A stretch of 64,000 nucleotides of DNA. Origin: Eledone cirrhosa (taxonomy: Eukaryota). Under the pieces are notes generated by a model that was not told where the DNA came from, did no database searches, and worked only from the letters and a program-made list of their open reading frames with translations. Below, piece by piece: positions 12,945 through 26,822 of this stretch (the first letter of the stretch is position 1; the number at the start of each line of letters is the position of its first letter). Made by a program: the position numbers and the translations under genes. The stretch spans positions 86,304,001 through 86,368,000 of the forward strand of contig OZ024746.1 in assembly GCA_964016885.1 (NCBI GenBank). Direction: 5' to 3'.

Positions 12945-13318
12945 TGCAGTTGTCCCTCGATATTCGCGGGGGTTACGCTCCTTAGAGCGCCCGCGAAGAG
13001 TGAAAATCCGCGAATATTCGATGTGGTCCATAAAAATGCCTATAAACGTCAAAATATAACGTAAAATATAATAAAAAACAAGGGAGTGTCTTATGCGAAG
13101 GGGGATTCAATAGGCTCGCAAATACGGTATATTGTTATTAATAATTTAGCGTTAAAAAATATATATATATATTGCCACGAAAAAAGCCATAAAAATCAAT
13201 CGCAGAAGATATTTACGATTCCGCGAATATGTGGTGGTTTCCACGAACAATTATTAGTTAGGTTCTAAGGAAAATTCCGCGAATAACCGGGACCACGAAT
13301 TCCAGTGGTACAGTGTAT
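12945..13318. mobile_element. Tigger-like MITE
   Basis: cagttgtccctcgatattcgcgggggttacg start with repeated ccgcgaa motifs; degenerate right TIR. Confidence 0.6.
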
Positions 13319-13859
13319 TCTCTAATTCGCTATTTCATCAATAATTGACAACTTCTAATCGACGTTGGCCATGAATATTATACTTTGTTTTTGTTTTGTT
13401 AAGATTATTTCTTGTATCTTGTCAACATTACCAAATTTGACTTTCCATATTTAAAAACAGTAGAGTATGATATAAGGATGATTGGCTACTATTTTAAGTA
13501 TAAGATATTTGGCTCTCACTTGCTACTAAAAATTGGATGGAAGATTGCCAGGTGGCCTTTCATTTTTAGTATTTTTGGTTTCGCTGTGTAGGTGAGTTTG
13601 TAGGTGTGGTCTGTGATGTTACGCAGTTTACCATTTTGTTGACTTTGTAGTATATGAATCGTTGTTTTGAGGGAGATTCAGGGTCCTAAAATGGGCTGTC
13701 GAAATCTATAATAATTTGGAGTCCTAAAAAGGGCTGTCGAAACCTATAATAAACAAGGTGTCTATAAAGTCCCAATTTAAAATCCTTGTAGCTTTATGGA
13801 AACCCTATACGTGATAGTATTGTGTCGTTTGTAGACCATTTGCAGTTTTATGAAGTAAC

Positions 13860-14150
13860 TACATGAAAAAAGCATTTCCGCGGACAATGGCCAGCGACAT
13901 CCGCTGCAACAGCCATCCCACCTCGCGGGGCTCCTTCCTAAGTCGGGCTGCTGACGTTCCGATTTTGCGACGGTGCTCGATTGTATGGAGTCCAAGAACG
14001 CCTGAGGTCTTGATGGCCTCCGGTACAAATAGAACGCGACCGGACAATCCCTGGTATTTGTTTGTCTTCCTTTCCTCTGAATTTCAAGGCTGCAGTACCG
14101 GGGCTTGTGGCCGAAGCGACTAAGCTGGAAGCAAAGAACGTGTCCCAGCG
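13860..14150 (-). mobile_element. CRE-like RLE 3' fragment, family B
   Basis: WDTFFASSLVASATSPGTAA..KY..LFVPEAIKTSGVLG..EPREVGWLLQRMSLAIVRGNAF. Confidence 0.8.
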
Positions 14151-14325
14151 CATCTCCCTTACCATCCTTCGGGGAAACGGCTTCTCCATTCTGTCCGCCG
14201 GGGCTGTGGGGCGGCCAGCGCACGTGGGACCCCATTTGCTCACTATACGGAGAGATATGGAGGGCGAGAGAGATGGGAACGATGACGGTGGGATTTCGGC
14301 TCTACCGTGTTCGGACCCATTGCAC
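14147..14325 (+). mobile_element. CRE-like 3' fragment, family A
   Basis: QRISLTILRGNGFSILSAGAVGRPAHVGPHLL; matches 6357-6540. Confidence 0.75.
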
Positions 14326-14687
14326 CTGTTAAGAGCGTATTTTCACATTTACACACCTTCATAGAAACGGTCCTTTCCTTCTTTACTCCGACCTGAGTTT
14401 GACATCACAATTGTTATCGTATCTTTTATATTGACCAAACGTGGTAAATATTTAGAGCTATAAATATGTTTGAGCGAAGGATTGCTTTCTACGCTACGTC
14501 TTCTATCTATGCACCTAATATTGTAAAGGTGGTAATCTTCAACAAAGGTGTTTATCTTCTCCGTCTAGGAAGGGTGCCACTATTTATTCTTTAATATAAT
14601 TAGTAATTTCTCTTCCTAATATGTCGGTAACGAAGAAAACAATGACGTATTACATAAGTTACAAAGAAACACTGGCTCCTGCTGTTC

Positions 14688-16500
14688 CTGTTGTTGTTGT
14701 TGTTGTTGTTGTGGTGGTGATAATGGTGGTGGTAGTGGTGGCGGCGGTAATGGCGGTGGTGGGAGTGGTGGCGGCGGTAATGGCGGTGGTGGCAGTGGTG
14801 GCGGCGGTAATGGTGGTGGTGGCAGTGGTGGGGGCGGTAATGGCGGTGGTGGTAGTGGTGGCGGCGGCGGTAATGGTGGTGGTGGTAGTGGTGGCAGCGG
14901 TAATGGTGGTCGTGGTAGTGGTGGCGGCGGTAATGGTGATGGTGGTAGTGGTGGCGGCGGTAATGGCGGTGGTGGTAGTGGTGGCGGCGGCGGTAATGGT
15001 GGTGGTGGTGGTAGTGGTGGCGGCGGTAATGGTGGTGGTGGTAGTGGTGGCGGCGGTAATGGCGGTGGTGGTAGTGGTGGCGGCGGCGGTAATGGTGGTG
15101 GTGGTGGTAGTGGTGGCGGCGGTAATGGTGGTGGTGGTGGTAGTGGTGGCGGCGGTAATGGTGGTGGTGGCAGTGGTGGCGGCGGTAATGGCGGTGGTGG
15201 TAGTGGTGGCGGCGGCGGTAATGGTGGTGGTGGTGGTAGTGGTGGCGGCGGTAATGGTGGTGGTGGTAGAGGTGGCGGCAGTTGCTGCTGTTGCTGACCT
15301 TGACGTCATTGTCGTTTTTATTGCTGCTGCTGCTGCAGAGTGTTATTGGTGGTGGTGGTGGTTGTGGTGGTGATGTTTGTGGTGATGGGGATGATGATGA
15401 CGACGACGACGATGATGATGATGATGGGGTCGTAATGGTGGTGATAGTGGTGGTGGTGGTAGTGGTGGTGTTGGTGGTAGTGGTGGTAGTGGTTACGGTT
15501 GTTGTTATTATTGTGGTGGATGATGATGGTGATGATGATGATGATGATGATGGGGGCCGTAGTGAAGGTGATAGTGGTGTCGGTGGTGGTAATGTCAATG
15601 GTATTTGTAGTGGTGGTGGTGGTGGTGGTGGTGGTGGTGGTTGTGGTGGTGGTTGTGGTGGTAATGTCAATGGTATTTGTAGTGGTGGTGGTGGTGGTGG
15701 CGCTGGCGTTGTTAATATCAATACTAACAGGCGTAACGATATCAACAACGAGGGTTATGGTGGTGTTGGTGATGCTGGTGACATTAGTGATGGTGGTGTT
15801 GATGGTGGTGCTGATGGTATTAGTAGTGGTGGTGGTGATGGTATTAGTAGTGGTGATGGTATTAGTAATGGTGGTGGTGATGGTATTAGTAGTAGTGGTG
15901 GTGATGGTATTAGTAGTAGTGGTAGTGGTGGTGGTGATGGTATTAGTAGTAGTGGTGGTGATGGTATTAGTAATGGTGGTGGTGATGGTATTAGTAGTAG
16001 TGGTGGTGATGGTATTAGTAGTAGTGGTAGTGGTGGTGGTGATGGTATTAGTAGTAGTAGTAGTGGTGGTGGTGATGGTATTAGTAGTAGTGGTGGTGAT
16101 GGTATTAGTAGTAGTAGTGGTGGTGGTATTAGTAGTAGTGGTGGTGATGGTATTAGTAGTAGTGGTGGTGATGGTATAAGTAGTAGTGGTGCTGATGGTA
16201 TTAGTAGTAGTGGTGGTGGTGATGGTATTAGTAGTAGTGGTGGTGATGGTATAAGTAGTAGTGGTGGTGATGGTATTAGTAGTAGTGGTGGTGATGGTAT
16301 TAGTAGTAGTGGTGGTGGTGATGGTATTAGTAGTAGTGGTGGTGATGGTATTAGTAGTAGTGGTGGTGATGGTATTAGTAGTAGTGGTGGTGGTGATGGT
16401 ATTAGTAGTAGTAGTGGTGATGGTATTAGTAGTAGTGGTGGTGATGATGGTGGTATTGAGAGTTATGGTGATGGTGGATATCAGGATATTGTTTGTGGTA
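14688..16500. repeat. GGT/GAT/AGT trinucleotide-derived minisatellite complex
   Basis: Higher-order 21-30-bp units (gtaatggtggtggtagtggtggcggcg; ggtgatggtattagtagtagtggt); open in several frames only because of low complexity. Confidence 0.9.
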
Positions 16501-16839
16501 GAAACAAGTGATAACGGTGATATGTTGGAGGGAGAATCACGGTAAGGTTGATAACAGTTATTTAAAGAATTTGATACAATATCAAGAAAGTAAAACTGGG
16601 ATGGTGAATATAAGATGAGGCGAGAATACAAACGAGAACGGGAAAAAGGAAAACTTAGTAATGAGATGAAGTGAAGTGAAATGTACGGCACGATGGAGAG
16701 AAGATAGAAGTAAGAAAGACAACAGTGATTGGGTTTTTTTTCTTCTGTTCTTCTTCAAAATTGCTTTCCTTTGATATAGTAAACAACACAATGTTCTGTA
16801 TTGCATTTCAGATAAGCTGCCTGAATGGATTACTAGCTG

Positions 16840-17155
16840 TTTGATTGGTTAACTGGCTGGGTGGTTGTTTGGCTGGTTGGCTGGTTGGATGGATGGATAG
16901 TTGGCTGGTTGGCTGGTTGGCTGGTTGGCTGGTTGGCTGGCTGGGTGGATGGATGGAGGGCTGGTTGGCTGATTGGCTGGTTGGCTGGCTGGTTGTTGAT
17001 TGTTTGGCTGGCTGACTGTCTGACTGGCTGGCTGGCTGCCTGGTTGTTTGGCTGGCTGGCTGGTTGTTTTGCTGGTTGACTGGCTGGGTGACTGGTTGGC
17101 TGGTTGTTTTGCTGGTTGACTGGCTCGATGGCTGGCTGACTGACTGGCTGTTTCG
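16840..17155. repeat. degenerate (GGCT/GGTT)n tetranucleotide repeat
   Basis: Visible repeat; source of WLAG/SQP ORFs. Confidence 0.9.
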
Positions 17156-17284
17156 TTGGTATATGAAAACTGTATTGTGGGTAATATCAGACATCTGTTT
17201 AAAAATTGTAAAGTCTTGTATGTGTGTGTGTGTTGGGGGGGGGGGGGTAATTTTGAGATGAGTGTTCAGAATTTAAAATATAAT

Positions 17285-17344
<60 letters not shown>

Positions 17345-18084
17345 CGGATGTGTGTATGTATGGGTGTGTGTGTGTGTGTGTGTGTATGAGTATATGTGTA
17401 TATGTGTGTGAATGCATGTATATACACATATATCGAAATTTTAGCGCAAAATAATGATAGATTAAGAAAACTATCATAAAAGCCAACGAAAGCGAATACA
17501 CCAGACTCGATTGTTTTCGCCAGCTGTCATCTGGAGATAATTGCAATTTCGGAACTTAAGCCATTTAACCGCTAGTTCCAGTGGTTAGAATTGTTTGGTG
17601 AAAGCAAGCACAATGTAAATTAGAAATACAAAAGTGAAAAATAGAGTAAACTAAGATAAACAAAACTAAACAACAGCTCAAACATTTCCCCCGTATTTCA
17701 TGATATTTCGAGATTAGGACCTCCTTTTCAAAGAAAAAGAATTGCATTTCGTTATTTACGATAAACTGTTTTTTTTACTCTATTCCAATGTTTTGTCCAA
17801 TCTTGTATTTCCAATTTGTACAAGCTTTCCCAAACTAACTATTTATAATTTTCACATTTTAAGAAATATCATTGAATTATCTTCATGGCACACATAGCTG
17901 CATCTTGCGGTACGTCTGAGTGTCGTGGATATCACCAGGGATCTGCTGCTCTAAGTCATGTAGTTGTTTATTTTAATTAAAAGTTGTTTGTTACGCTTCT
18001 TCCTTTTCTTCTAAGCGAGTTCATTTGATAACATCGAATTTGTTTAAAATTACACGTGTTCCTATAAATTTTACTTAATACTAG

Positions 18085-18620
18085 GTGCGCTGGCTGCGTT
18101 TTTAGAGCGTCGGACAAATGCGAAACAGTATTTCTGGCTCTTTACATTATGAGTTCAAATCCCGCCAAGATCAGTTTTACTTTTCTTCTTCATAGGGTTG
18201 AGGGGTTTTGTCAGGCAGCTTCCTCTTCGCACCGGGTACCGTCCAGACCTCCGGCGTACTTGGACCCCGTACTGCCGAGCTCTTCCGCAAGATCGGAGCG
18301 TCGGTGGCCCGTCTGAGGAGGGAGCCCCGCGAGGTTGTGTGGCTGTTGCAGCGGGTGTCACTGGCCATTTTCCGGGGGAATGCTTTTGCCGTCTTGTCCG
18401 GGAGGCGAAGCACTCCTTCCCCCTTGCCCTAGGCCTAAAGCCCAATCCCCCTCCCCCTCCCACCCTCTCTTCTGCGACATCAGAGCCCTTGCTATCCTCT
18501 TTCCTGTTCTTTTTCTTCTTCCTTTCTCTTTTTTTAGTCAAATACTGATGTTGATTTAACTAAACTTGACGTTCCACCAAAATTGCTGGCTTTGTTCCTA
18601 AATTAGAAATTATTGTTATT
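18085..18620 (+). mobile_element. old SINE A interrupted by a CRE-like RLE fragment (~18200-18415)
   Basis: SINE head 18085-18200 and tail 18540-18620 (aattgctggctttgttcc..agaaattattg) flank FAPGTVQTSGVLGP..EPREVVWLLQRVSLAIFRGNAFAVL. Confidence 0.7.
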
Positions 18621-19127
18621 CAACCCTATGTTAGCAGTTGTCGACCAAAACTCTCAAGCTGTCATCATGCGGTAGGACGATAAATAAGATATCATGCTAT
18701 ATTTAATCCAACTCTTTGTGGTCTGAGTTCAAATCACAACAATGTCAATTTCATCTTTTCATAGTTGATAACAAAAAAAAAATACTCGTCTAAACTCCGT
18801 AGACTGGTGGAAACACGAGAGTATGCTTAATAGTAGTTATTCCCTTTCTGTTCTGAATTCAAACAACGCCATGGACTACCAGACACAACTGAAACTATTG
18901 GAGCGGTTCCATGAACATACACACCCGTATTTAACCTTGGCTGGCATTCTAGCAATTTATGGTATTCAAACTGTTGATAGCAGCAAATGACGAGAAAGGG
19001 GAGGGATGGGTGGGAATGATAGTATGAACAAGAGAGCAGAAGGAGGAGGTTGAGGTGAAGAGTAGGGTAGGGTATGGGGAAGAGGGAGATAATTTTGTCT
19101 TGTTCTTTCCTTCAGTTTCATAATTGT

Positions 19128-19171
<44 letters not shown>

Positions 19172-19200
19172 GTTCATATATATATATATATATATATATA

Positions 19201-19838
19201 TACATTATGAAGAGAGAAGAAACATTTAGATATAATTAGTAATAAAATGTATCATACCTAAACTGCTCCTAAATTCCTCGACTACGTAGTTTCGTGGCAT
19301 AAACAAAAACAATATATCAAAGATATAGAGTCCCTGCGAGGTCTGCCGACTTATCAAGAGGATACCTCATTTTACTAGTCTCAAGAACGCGTCTACACGA
19401 CGTGAGAAAGAATCCCAAAAGGCGGAGGGGGAGATAGTCACGCGATATAACGGTCGAGAAACAGAGCTAAGCCTCTTATAACCACGAAGAAAATACCACG
19501 GAGGCGGAGGCCGTAGAAGAGGTAGTGAAGAAGGCGAGAAGTATGAGTAATGGAAGCTTTCCAGTTGTCCCCACACCTCAAAGATTGCTCGACCAGAGGG
19601 AGTTATTAACAATATATTTAGAAACACACAGATACATGCGGGGACACACATATATACATGAATGCATCCGCACCCAACTGTGAGTTAAGGGTGCCAACTT
19701 CACCGATGTTGCTCAATGAATGACTGGGACAGACCAATTCAGTTTGAACTAGACTGAACCAGTATCAGAGTTAAAAATACATTATGAAGAGAGAAGAAAC
19801 ATTTAGATATAATTAGTAATAAAATGTATCATACCTAA
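19201..19838 (-). mobile_element. non-coding PLE pLTR/retrozyme-like unit with 61-bp terminal direct repeat
   Basis: 19201-19261 = 19778-19838; flanked by (TA)n; contains an HHR motif. Confidence 0.75.
19275..19362 (-). ncRNA. type-I hammerhead ribozyme, U3-A8 variant
   Basis: tcctc TTGATAA g tcggca..tgccac GAAAC TACGTA GTC^gagga; 5-bp helix I, palindromic helix III. Confidence 0.7.
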
Positions 19839-19839
19839 T

Positions 19840-20660
<821 letters not shown>

Positions 20661-20950
20661 ATATATTTAAAAAGGAAGAAATATAGATGTTGAGATAACA
20701 ATGGGAGTTGAGTTATGAGGTAATACAAATCAAAAGGAGAGAACTGGGTGGGGTAGGGTAGCAATATGGTTTGAAAGAAAGAAGGAAAGAAGACTAAGAA
20801 AGAGACAAATACCAAAGGAAGGTCACTGTGCACTGAATGAGGATCAGTCAAATAAGTATGTATGTACACGTGTACCCACTGATAACATGCATGCACATAC
20901 TTTCCACTCATCCTGTCTGAGACTGTGCCTATGTGTGCTGTCTCTACGCT

Positions 20951-21030
<80 letters not shown>

Positions 21031-21032
<2 letters not shown>

Positions 21033-21228
21033 AAAAAGTATGACCCCGACGGCAGAGCTCAAGCCGTTTGGACGGCTATTTCTGGCGTCCAGAAATAGCC
21101 GTCGAAACGGCTTGAGCTCTGCTGTCGGGGTCATACTTTTTCTTATTACCCACTCTACTACCCTAAGTATTGAGTACTCTTGTGCGTTATGGTCCATCTG
21201 GTTCCTTACCACAATTCCTTTGTTATTT
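21031..21228 (+). mobile_element. PLE 3' end (family H1) with fold-back palindrome
   Basis: Palindrome 21031-21142 centred on ctatttctgg-cgt-ccagaaatag; HHR 3' half cGAAAC ggc..gct GTC^gggg; in (TA)n. Confidence 0.8.
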
Positions 21229-21250
21229 ATATATATATAATATTATATAT

Positions 21251-21826
21251 TTATATATAGAGTTATAAACTCAAATAGTCTTTTACAATTAAATAGCTCA
21301 AAGAAAGGAATATTTCTGAGCCGTGTAATACAAATGAATATATGATAGGGATAAACACTGATACAAGTATACATGTGTTTGCATTGCAAATGACCAAGTT
21401 AGCTAGATTGAAAAATACTAATTAAAATAATACGATTTGCCTGTCTCGATTTTAAATAATAAATCAATAAAAACAAACCTATATTGGCAATAGCCGTGAT
21501 ACCTGGATAAATTTTTAATTTGTTTCGCAACAATTAAGTGAAAGTTCCTATTCCTGTGCTCTTCTGCGGGTATCCAGAAATTGGTAAGCTTCACTTCAAA
21601 ATACTTAAGAAGACTGAAAGAAATGTGTTGTTGAACGCACATGTGTCACAGCGCCTAGCACGTTCCATACTCGTACCGCTAAGTATAGCAGCCGGTTTTA
21701 TGGGACTAAGAATTAGCTCAACGCATGGAGCCGAGAATATTATATATAGAGTTATAAACTCGAATAGTCTTTTACAATTAAATAGCTCAAAGAAAGGAAT
21801 ATTTCTGAGCCGTGTAATACAAATGA
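21251..21826. mobile_element. pLTR-like unit with ~87-bp terminal direct repeat
   Basis: 21251-21337 ~ 21740-21826; embedded in TA repeats; no canonical HHR core found. Confidence 0.55.
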
Positions 21827-21919
21827 TACAATTGTATCTGAGCCGTGTAATACAATTGTATATATATATATATATGAGAGTATTGAAGTTTGCTTGAAGC
21901 ATTGTGGAACAATAAGTAA

Positions 21920-22052
21920 ATATCTTTAAGTCGTTTGGAAGCCTCGACAATGCAAATGGGTAAATCTCCGGGTAACAAGGTCCGGTGGTGGAGAGAGAGA
22001 TGTTACCCGGAGATTTACCCATTTGCATTGTCGAGGCTTCCAAACGACTTAA

Positions 22053-22058
<6 letters not shown>
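21920..22058. repeat. 58-bp-arm perfect inverted repeat (fold-back insert)
   Basis: atatctttaagtcg..ggtaaca / tgttacc..cgacttaaagatat, 23-nt spacer; between (TA)n runs. Confidence 0.9.
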
Positions 22059-22098
<40 letters not shown>

Positions 22099-22100
<2 letters not shown>

Positions 22101-22650
22101 TAAAACATGTCTATAGAATCACCAGATAAAATATATACCGTTTCCTCTCCCAATTAGCATAGTTAACCATATAAAAAATCGATTAGACCAAGCTATAAGA
22201 ATTAAGGCTTCTATGAAGAAATCTCCGATAAATAACCGAAAGCAGCCATTCGCGGCGGTTGCGACGGAGCTTTTATCGAGTATTTCGACAGTGTATAAAT
22301 CGACCAGATATACAGTCAACCAAACAGAATTAGGTGTAAAATAAACTAGGAGAAAATTGAACATATTTAGTTACCTCTACCATGGTTTCGTCCGCATTTT
22401 AAGATATCCGATAACATTGAACATCTGGAGCACCGGAGTCTTCAGGAGTTAGCTCAAATTTAGACAATTAATTTTCCAAAGTGATCGCACCAAAAATACA
22501 TTAAAAAATGGCTAAGAATCGTGACGTAGCAGCGGTCAAGTTAGAAAGAATGTGATTAGTTGCTTACGGTTGGTAGCCTTTTGCTAGAAAGCGCAGCCCA
22601 ATACAGCCAAAATTGTATCTCAACCTAACGGGAGATTATTACATATATAG
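22099..22650 (-). mobile_element. PLE pLTR-like insert with hammerhead
   Basis: Between (TA)n tracts; diverged copy of its end at 26070-26235; end repeated at 22813-22866. Confidence 0.65.
22371..22451 (-). ncRNA. type-I hammerhead ribozyme motif
   Basis: taactc CTGAAGA ctccg..cggac GAAAC CATG GTA^gaggta; one mismatch at the base of helix II. Confidence 0.7.
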
Positions 22651-22666
22651 GTTTACATATATATAT

Positions 22667-23052
<386 letters not shown>

Positions 23053-23060
23053 TATATAAT

Positions 23061-23631
23061 CAAAGGGAAAGCAAATAAATAAAAAAATTTTAAATAAATT
23101 TTAAAAAATTCACTGTACTTACTATATGTGCCTTTACCGGGGTTTCAAATCCCAAACGAATAGATAATCCAGGCGAAATTTCATTGAGAAGGAGATTATC
23201 GTCAGAAGGCATTTCTCTCCCGGAGAATATAAAATTCCCGAGTTAAAAATTTCAAACTGGCGCCATTCCAAACTGCCTCAGAATAAGAGTAAATGAATGA
23301 TAAAGCAGTTTCGGCATGTTACCGTGTGCAAAGGCGAGAGCACAGTGGACAATTCAATCATGTACTGCTAAAAATAGCAGCCATTCAAAGGACCAAATGT
23401 TTCTCTACCATTGGGGAGAATAATAATAAAAGTATGTGCTCCTACATGTGATTAATACACATAGGGACACAAGTATAGTCCGACCGTATGCCAGTGTGGT
23501 TCAATGGTAAGTTAATAAATTAACAAGCCAGAACATCAAGGGAAAGCAAATAAAGAAAAAAATTTTAAATAAATTTTTTAAAATTCACTGTGCTTACTAT
23601 ATGTGCCTTTACCGCGGTTTCAAATCCCAAA
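23061..23631 (-). mobile_element. non-coding PLE pLTR/retrozyme-like unit with ~95-bp terminal direct repeat
   Basis: 23061-23156 ~ 23537-23631 (period ~475); complete HHR in the left copy, HHR 3' half in the right copy. Confidence 0.8.
23129..23211 (-). ncRNA. type-I hammerhead ribozyme motif
   Basis: tgcctt CTGACGA t aatctcc..gggatt t GAAAC CCCG GTA^aaggca; 6-bp helix I; the sister copy has palindromic ACCGCGGT. Confidence 0.8.
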
Positions 23632-23834
23632 TACATACATACATACTCATACACACACACACACACACATTATATATATATATATATAATGTGTATGTAT
23701 ATATGTGTATGTATGTACGTATGTATACATGTATACATACTGTTATTTTGTTAAGTATGGGCATGGTGCCTGCCTGTTTATATTATCAGATGAATGGTAT
23801 GTGAGAGAAGTGCAGATGTATACGTACAGACACA

Positions 23835-23933
<99 letters not shown>

Positions 23934-23942
23934 GCACGCGCA

Positions 23943-24072
23943 CTCAATACTTAGGGTAGTAGAGTAGGTAATAGGAAAAGAGTCAGGACCCCGTTAGAAT
24001 TTTAAGCCACCATGTTCGGATCTAGCTGTCGAAACGGCCGGAACACAGCCGTCGGGGTCCGGACTCTTTTCC

Positions 24073-24073
<1 letters not shown>
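23943..24073. mobile_element. family H1-related PLE end, inverted arrangement
   Basis: aggaaaagagtc.ggacccc ... cGAAACggccggaacacagccGTC^ggggtcc.gactcttttcct. Confidence 0.7.
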
Positions 24074-24112
<39 letters not shown>

Positions 24113-24187
24113 TACATGCACACACACAGACATATATATATTTAATATAGACTTACTTACTGTGGTTACCCCCAATTGAGCCAAGAT

Positions 24188-24287
<100 letters not shown>

Positions 24288-24321
24288 AAAGGTTGAGGTG
24301 TTAAATCTTCATTACATTTAT

Positions 24322-24545
24322 TGAGGTATGACGTGCGTTTCGCGATTGATCAGCTCAAAGGTTCGATCTGTATCGATCGGGCCCGACTCTGGAATCAAAA
24401 TCTCGTCGGACTTCTGTTATGGTAGATACCATAACAGAAGTCCGACGATGTTAAATCCAGAGTCCGTCCCGATACATAGAGATCGAACCTTTGAGCTGAT
24501 CAATTGCGAAACGCGCGTCACACCTGAATAAACTTAATAAAAATG
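24322..24545 (+). mobile_element. fold-back PLE end with HHR 3' half
   Basis: ~100-bp imperfect arms centred at ggta-ga-tacc; right end gcGAAAC GCGC GTC^acacctgAATAAA. Confidence 0.8.
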
Positions 24546-24574
24546 TAACACGTCGTCCATACTTATTACTATTG

Positions 24575-24606
<32 letters not shown>

Positions 24607-24679
24607 TGTATGTATGCATGCGGGGGGGGGGGGGTGTATGTGTGTGTGTGCGCGCGTGTGAGCGTGTGTGTGTGTTCAA

Positions 24680-24872
24680 AATTTGGCTAAATTTACATTT
24701 TCGACATTCCGTCGGACTGAGTGTTCTGCCAAGTTTGGATATAACATTTTTTTTATGTAATTCATAATATCATATATAGTGTATTATAGTGAATTACATA
24801 AAACATGTTATATCCAAACTTGGCAATCACTCAGTCCGAGGGAATGTTGAAAATGTAAATTTAACCAAGAAA
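24680..24872. repeat. ~90-bp-arm imperfect palindrome between microsatellites
   Basis: aaatttacattttc..gccaagtttggatataaca / tgttatatccaaacttggc..gaaaatgtaaattt. Confidence 0.85.
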
Positions 24873-24875
24873 TAC

Positions 24876-24969
<94 letters not shown>

Positions 24970-24971
24970 GG

Positions 24972-25043
<72 letters not shown>

Positions 25044-25179
25044 GGTATATGTATATATATATATAATATGTATATATATATATAGGTATATGTATATATA
25101 GATATAGGTATATGTATATATAGATATATGTATATGTATATATAGGTATATGTATATATATATATGTATATATATATAC

Positions 25180-25212
<33 letters not shown>

Positions 25213-25265
25213 TATACATATATATTTATATATATATATACACACACCACACACATATATACACT

Positions 25266-25302
<37 letters not shown>

Positions 25303-25599
25303 TAGGCAGTAGATGCTTGGTACATGAGTGTTACAGTGGCATGTGGGTGAGTTGGAGAGGAGCGAGTGCATGTCTAGCTATAGAGTTCGTATATATGCTG
25401 TGAGAGGGCGTGTGTCTACCAAAGATAGCACAATTAACTCAGAAGATTAAAAGTAAAAACAAATGGCGTAGTGAGAACTGCCTTGATATGTGTGAGTATG
25501 TCAGTGTGTCACGACATGTACATATTGAGGAGCGTACTGCTATATAACCTGCCCTCAGTTCAACATTAACACGCACATACATACACGTGTCTATTTCTA

Positions 25600-25636
<37 letters not shown>

Positions 25637-25702
25637 GTGTGTGTGTGTGTACGTGTGTTTGTGTGTGTGTGTGTTGTCATGAGGTAAACAACATTAGAGA
25701 AT

Positions 25703-25757
<55 letters not shown>

Positions 25758-25796
25758 GAATGAAATGTTTATTAAATTAAATCATTACTAGAGTAT

Positions 25797-25896
<100 letters not shown>

Positions 25897-25904
25897 ATAT
25901 ATAT

Positions 25905-26071
<167 letters not shown>

Positions 26072-26232
26072 CCGCGAAGAGGCTGCTATCGTTTATTTAT
26101 TTACTGTTTCTTCATAGGTGCCTTTTAATCTTATAGCCTGATGTAATTGATTTTTTGTGTGGTTAATTATGCTAACAGGGAGAGGAAATGATGTATATAT
26201 ATTATCAAATGATTATATGGACATACTTTATA

Positions 26233-26292
<60 letters not shown>

Positions 26293-26304
26293 TTTTTTCC
26301 GTTG

Positions 26305-26337
<33 letters not shown>

Positions 26338-26341
<4 letters not shown>

Positions 26342-26616
26342 GTTATGCAAGAAATGCTTAGGATTATCCTGAATGCAGTAATGGTTAATTACTACACTAG
26401 ATAAAGTCGACGTACGGTGAGGGGTTACTCAACGAGTTATGGAAGAACAGTTAAAGAAACTTGGTTTCCGATTCTTCTATATTCCGGAATGTAGATAAAG
26501 AATGATTAATAAAACAGGTAGACATCATAAAAAGGTAATTTATTCCAAGTGTTTACAAATGTTTCCTTAGTAGTTACACAGCCTTTTTATGATGTCTACC
26601 TGTTTTATTAATCATT

Positions 26617-26622
<6 letters not shown>
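26338..26622 (-). mobile_element. PLE-like 3' end with terminal inverted duplication
   Basis: 26495-26535 inverted at 26582-26622; minus strand GAAAC ATTT GTA^..AATAAA; related to 41222-41420; in (TA)n. Confidence 0.65.
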
Positions 26623-26700
<78 letters not shown>

Positions 26701-26711
26701 CTCTCCTTATA

Positions 26712-26801
<90 letters not shown>

Positions 26802-26822
26802 TGTATATATATATATATATAT

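Noticed and set aside
14600-16691. Long His/Thr/Gly/Val-rich ORFs (mucin- or cuticle-like)
   Set aside because: Open in several frames on both strands because trinucleotide repeats lack stops; no convincing splice or domain context.
18085-18415. Chimeric SINE-head/CRE-tail element
   Set aside because: The SINE 3' part resumes at ~18540, so this is a nested insertion.
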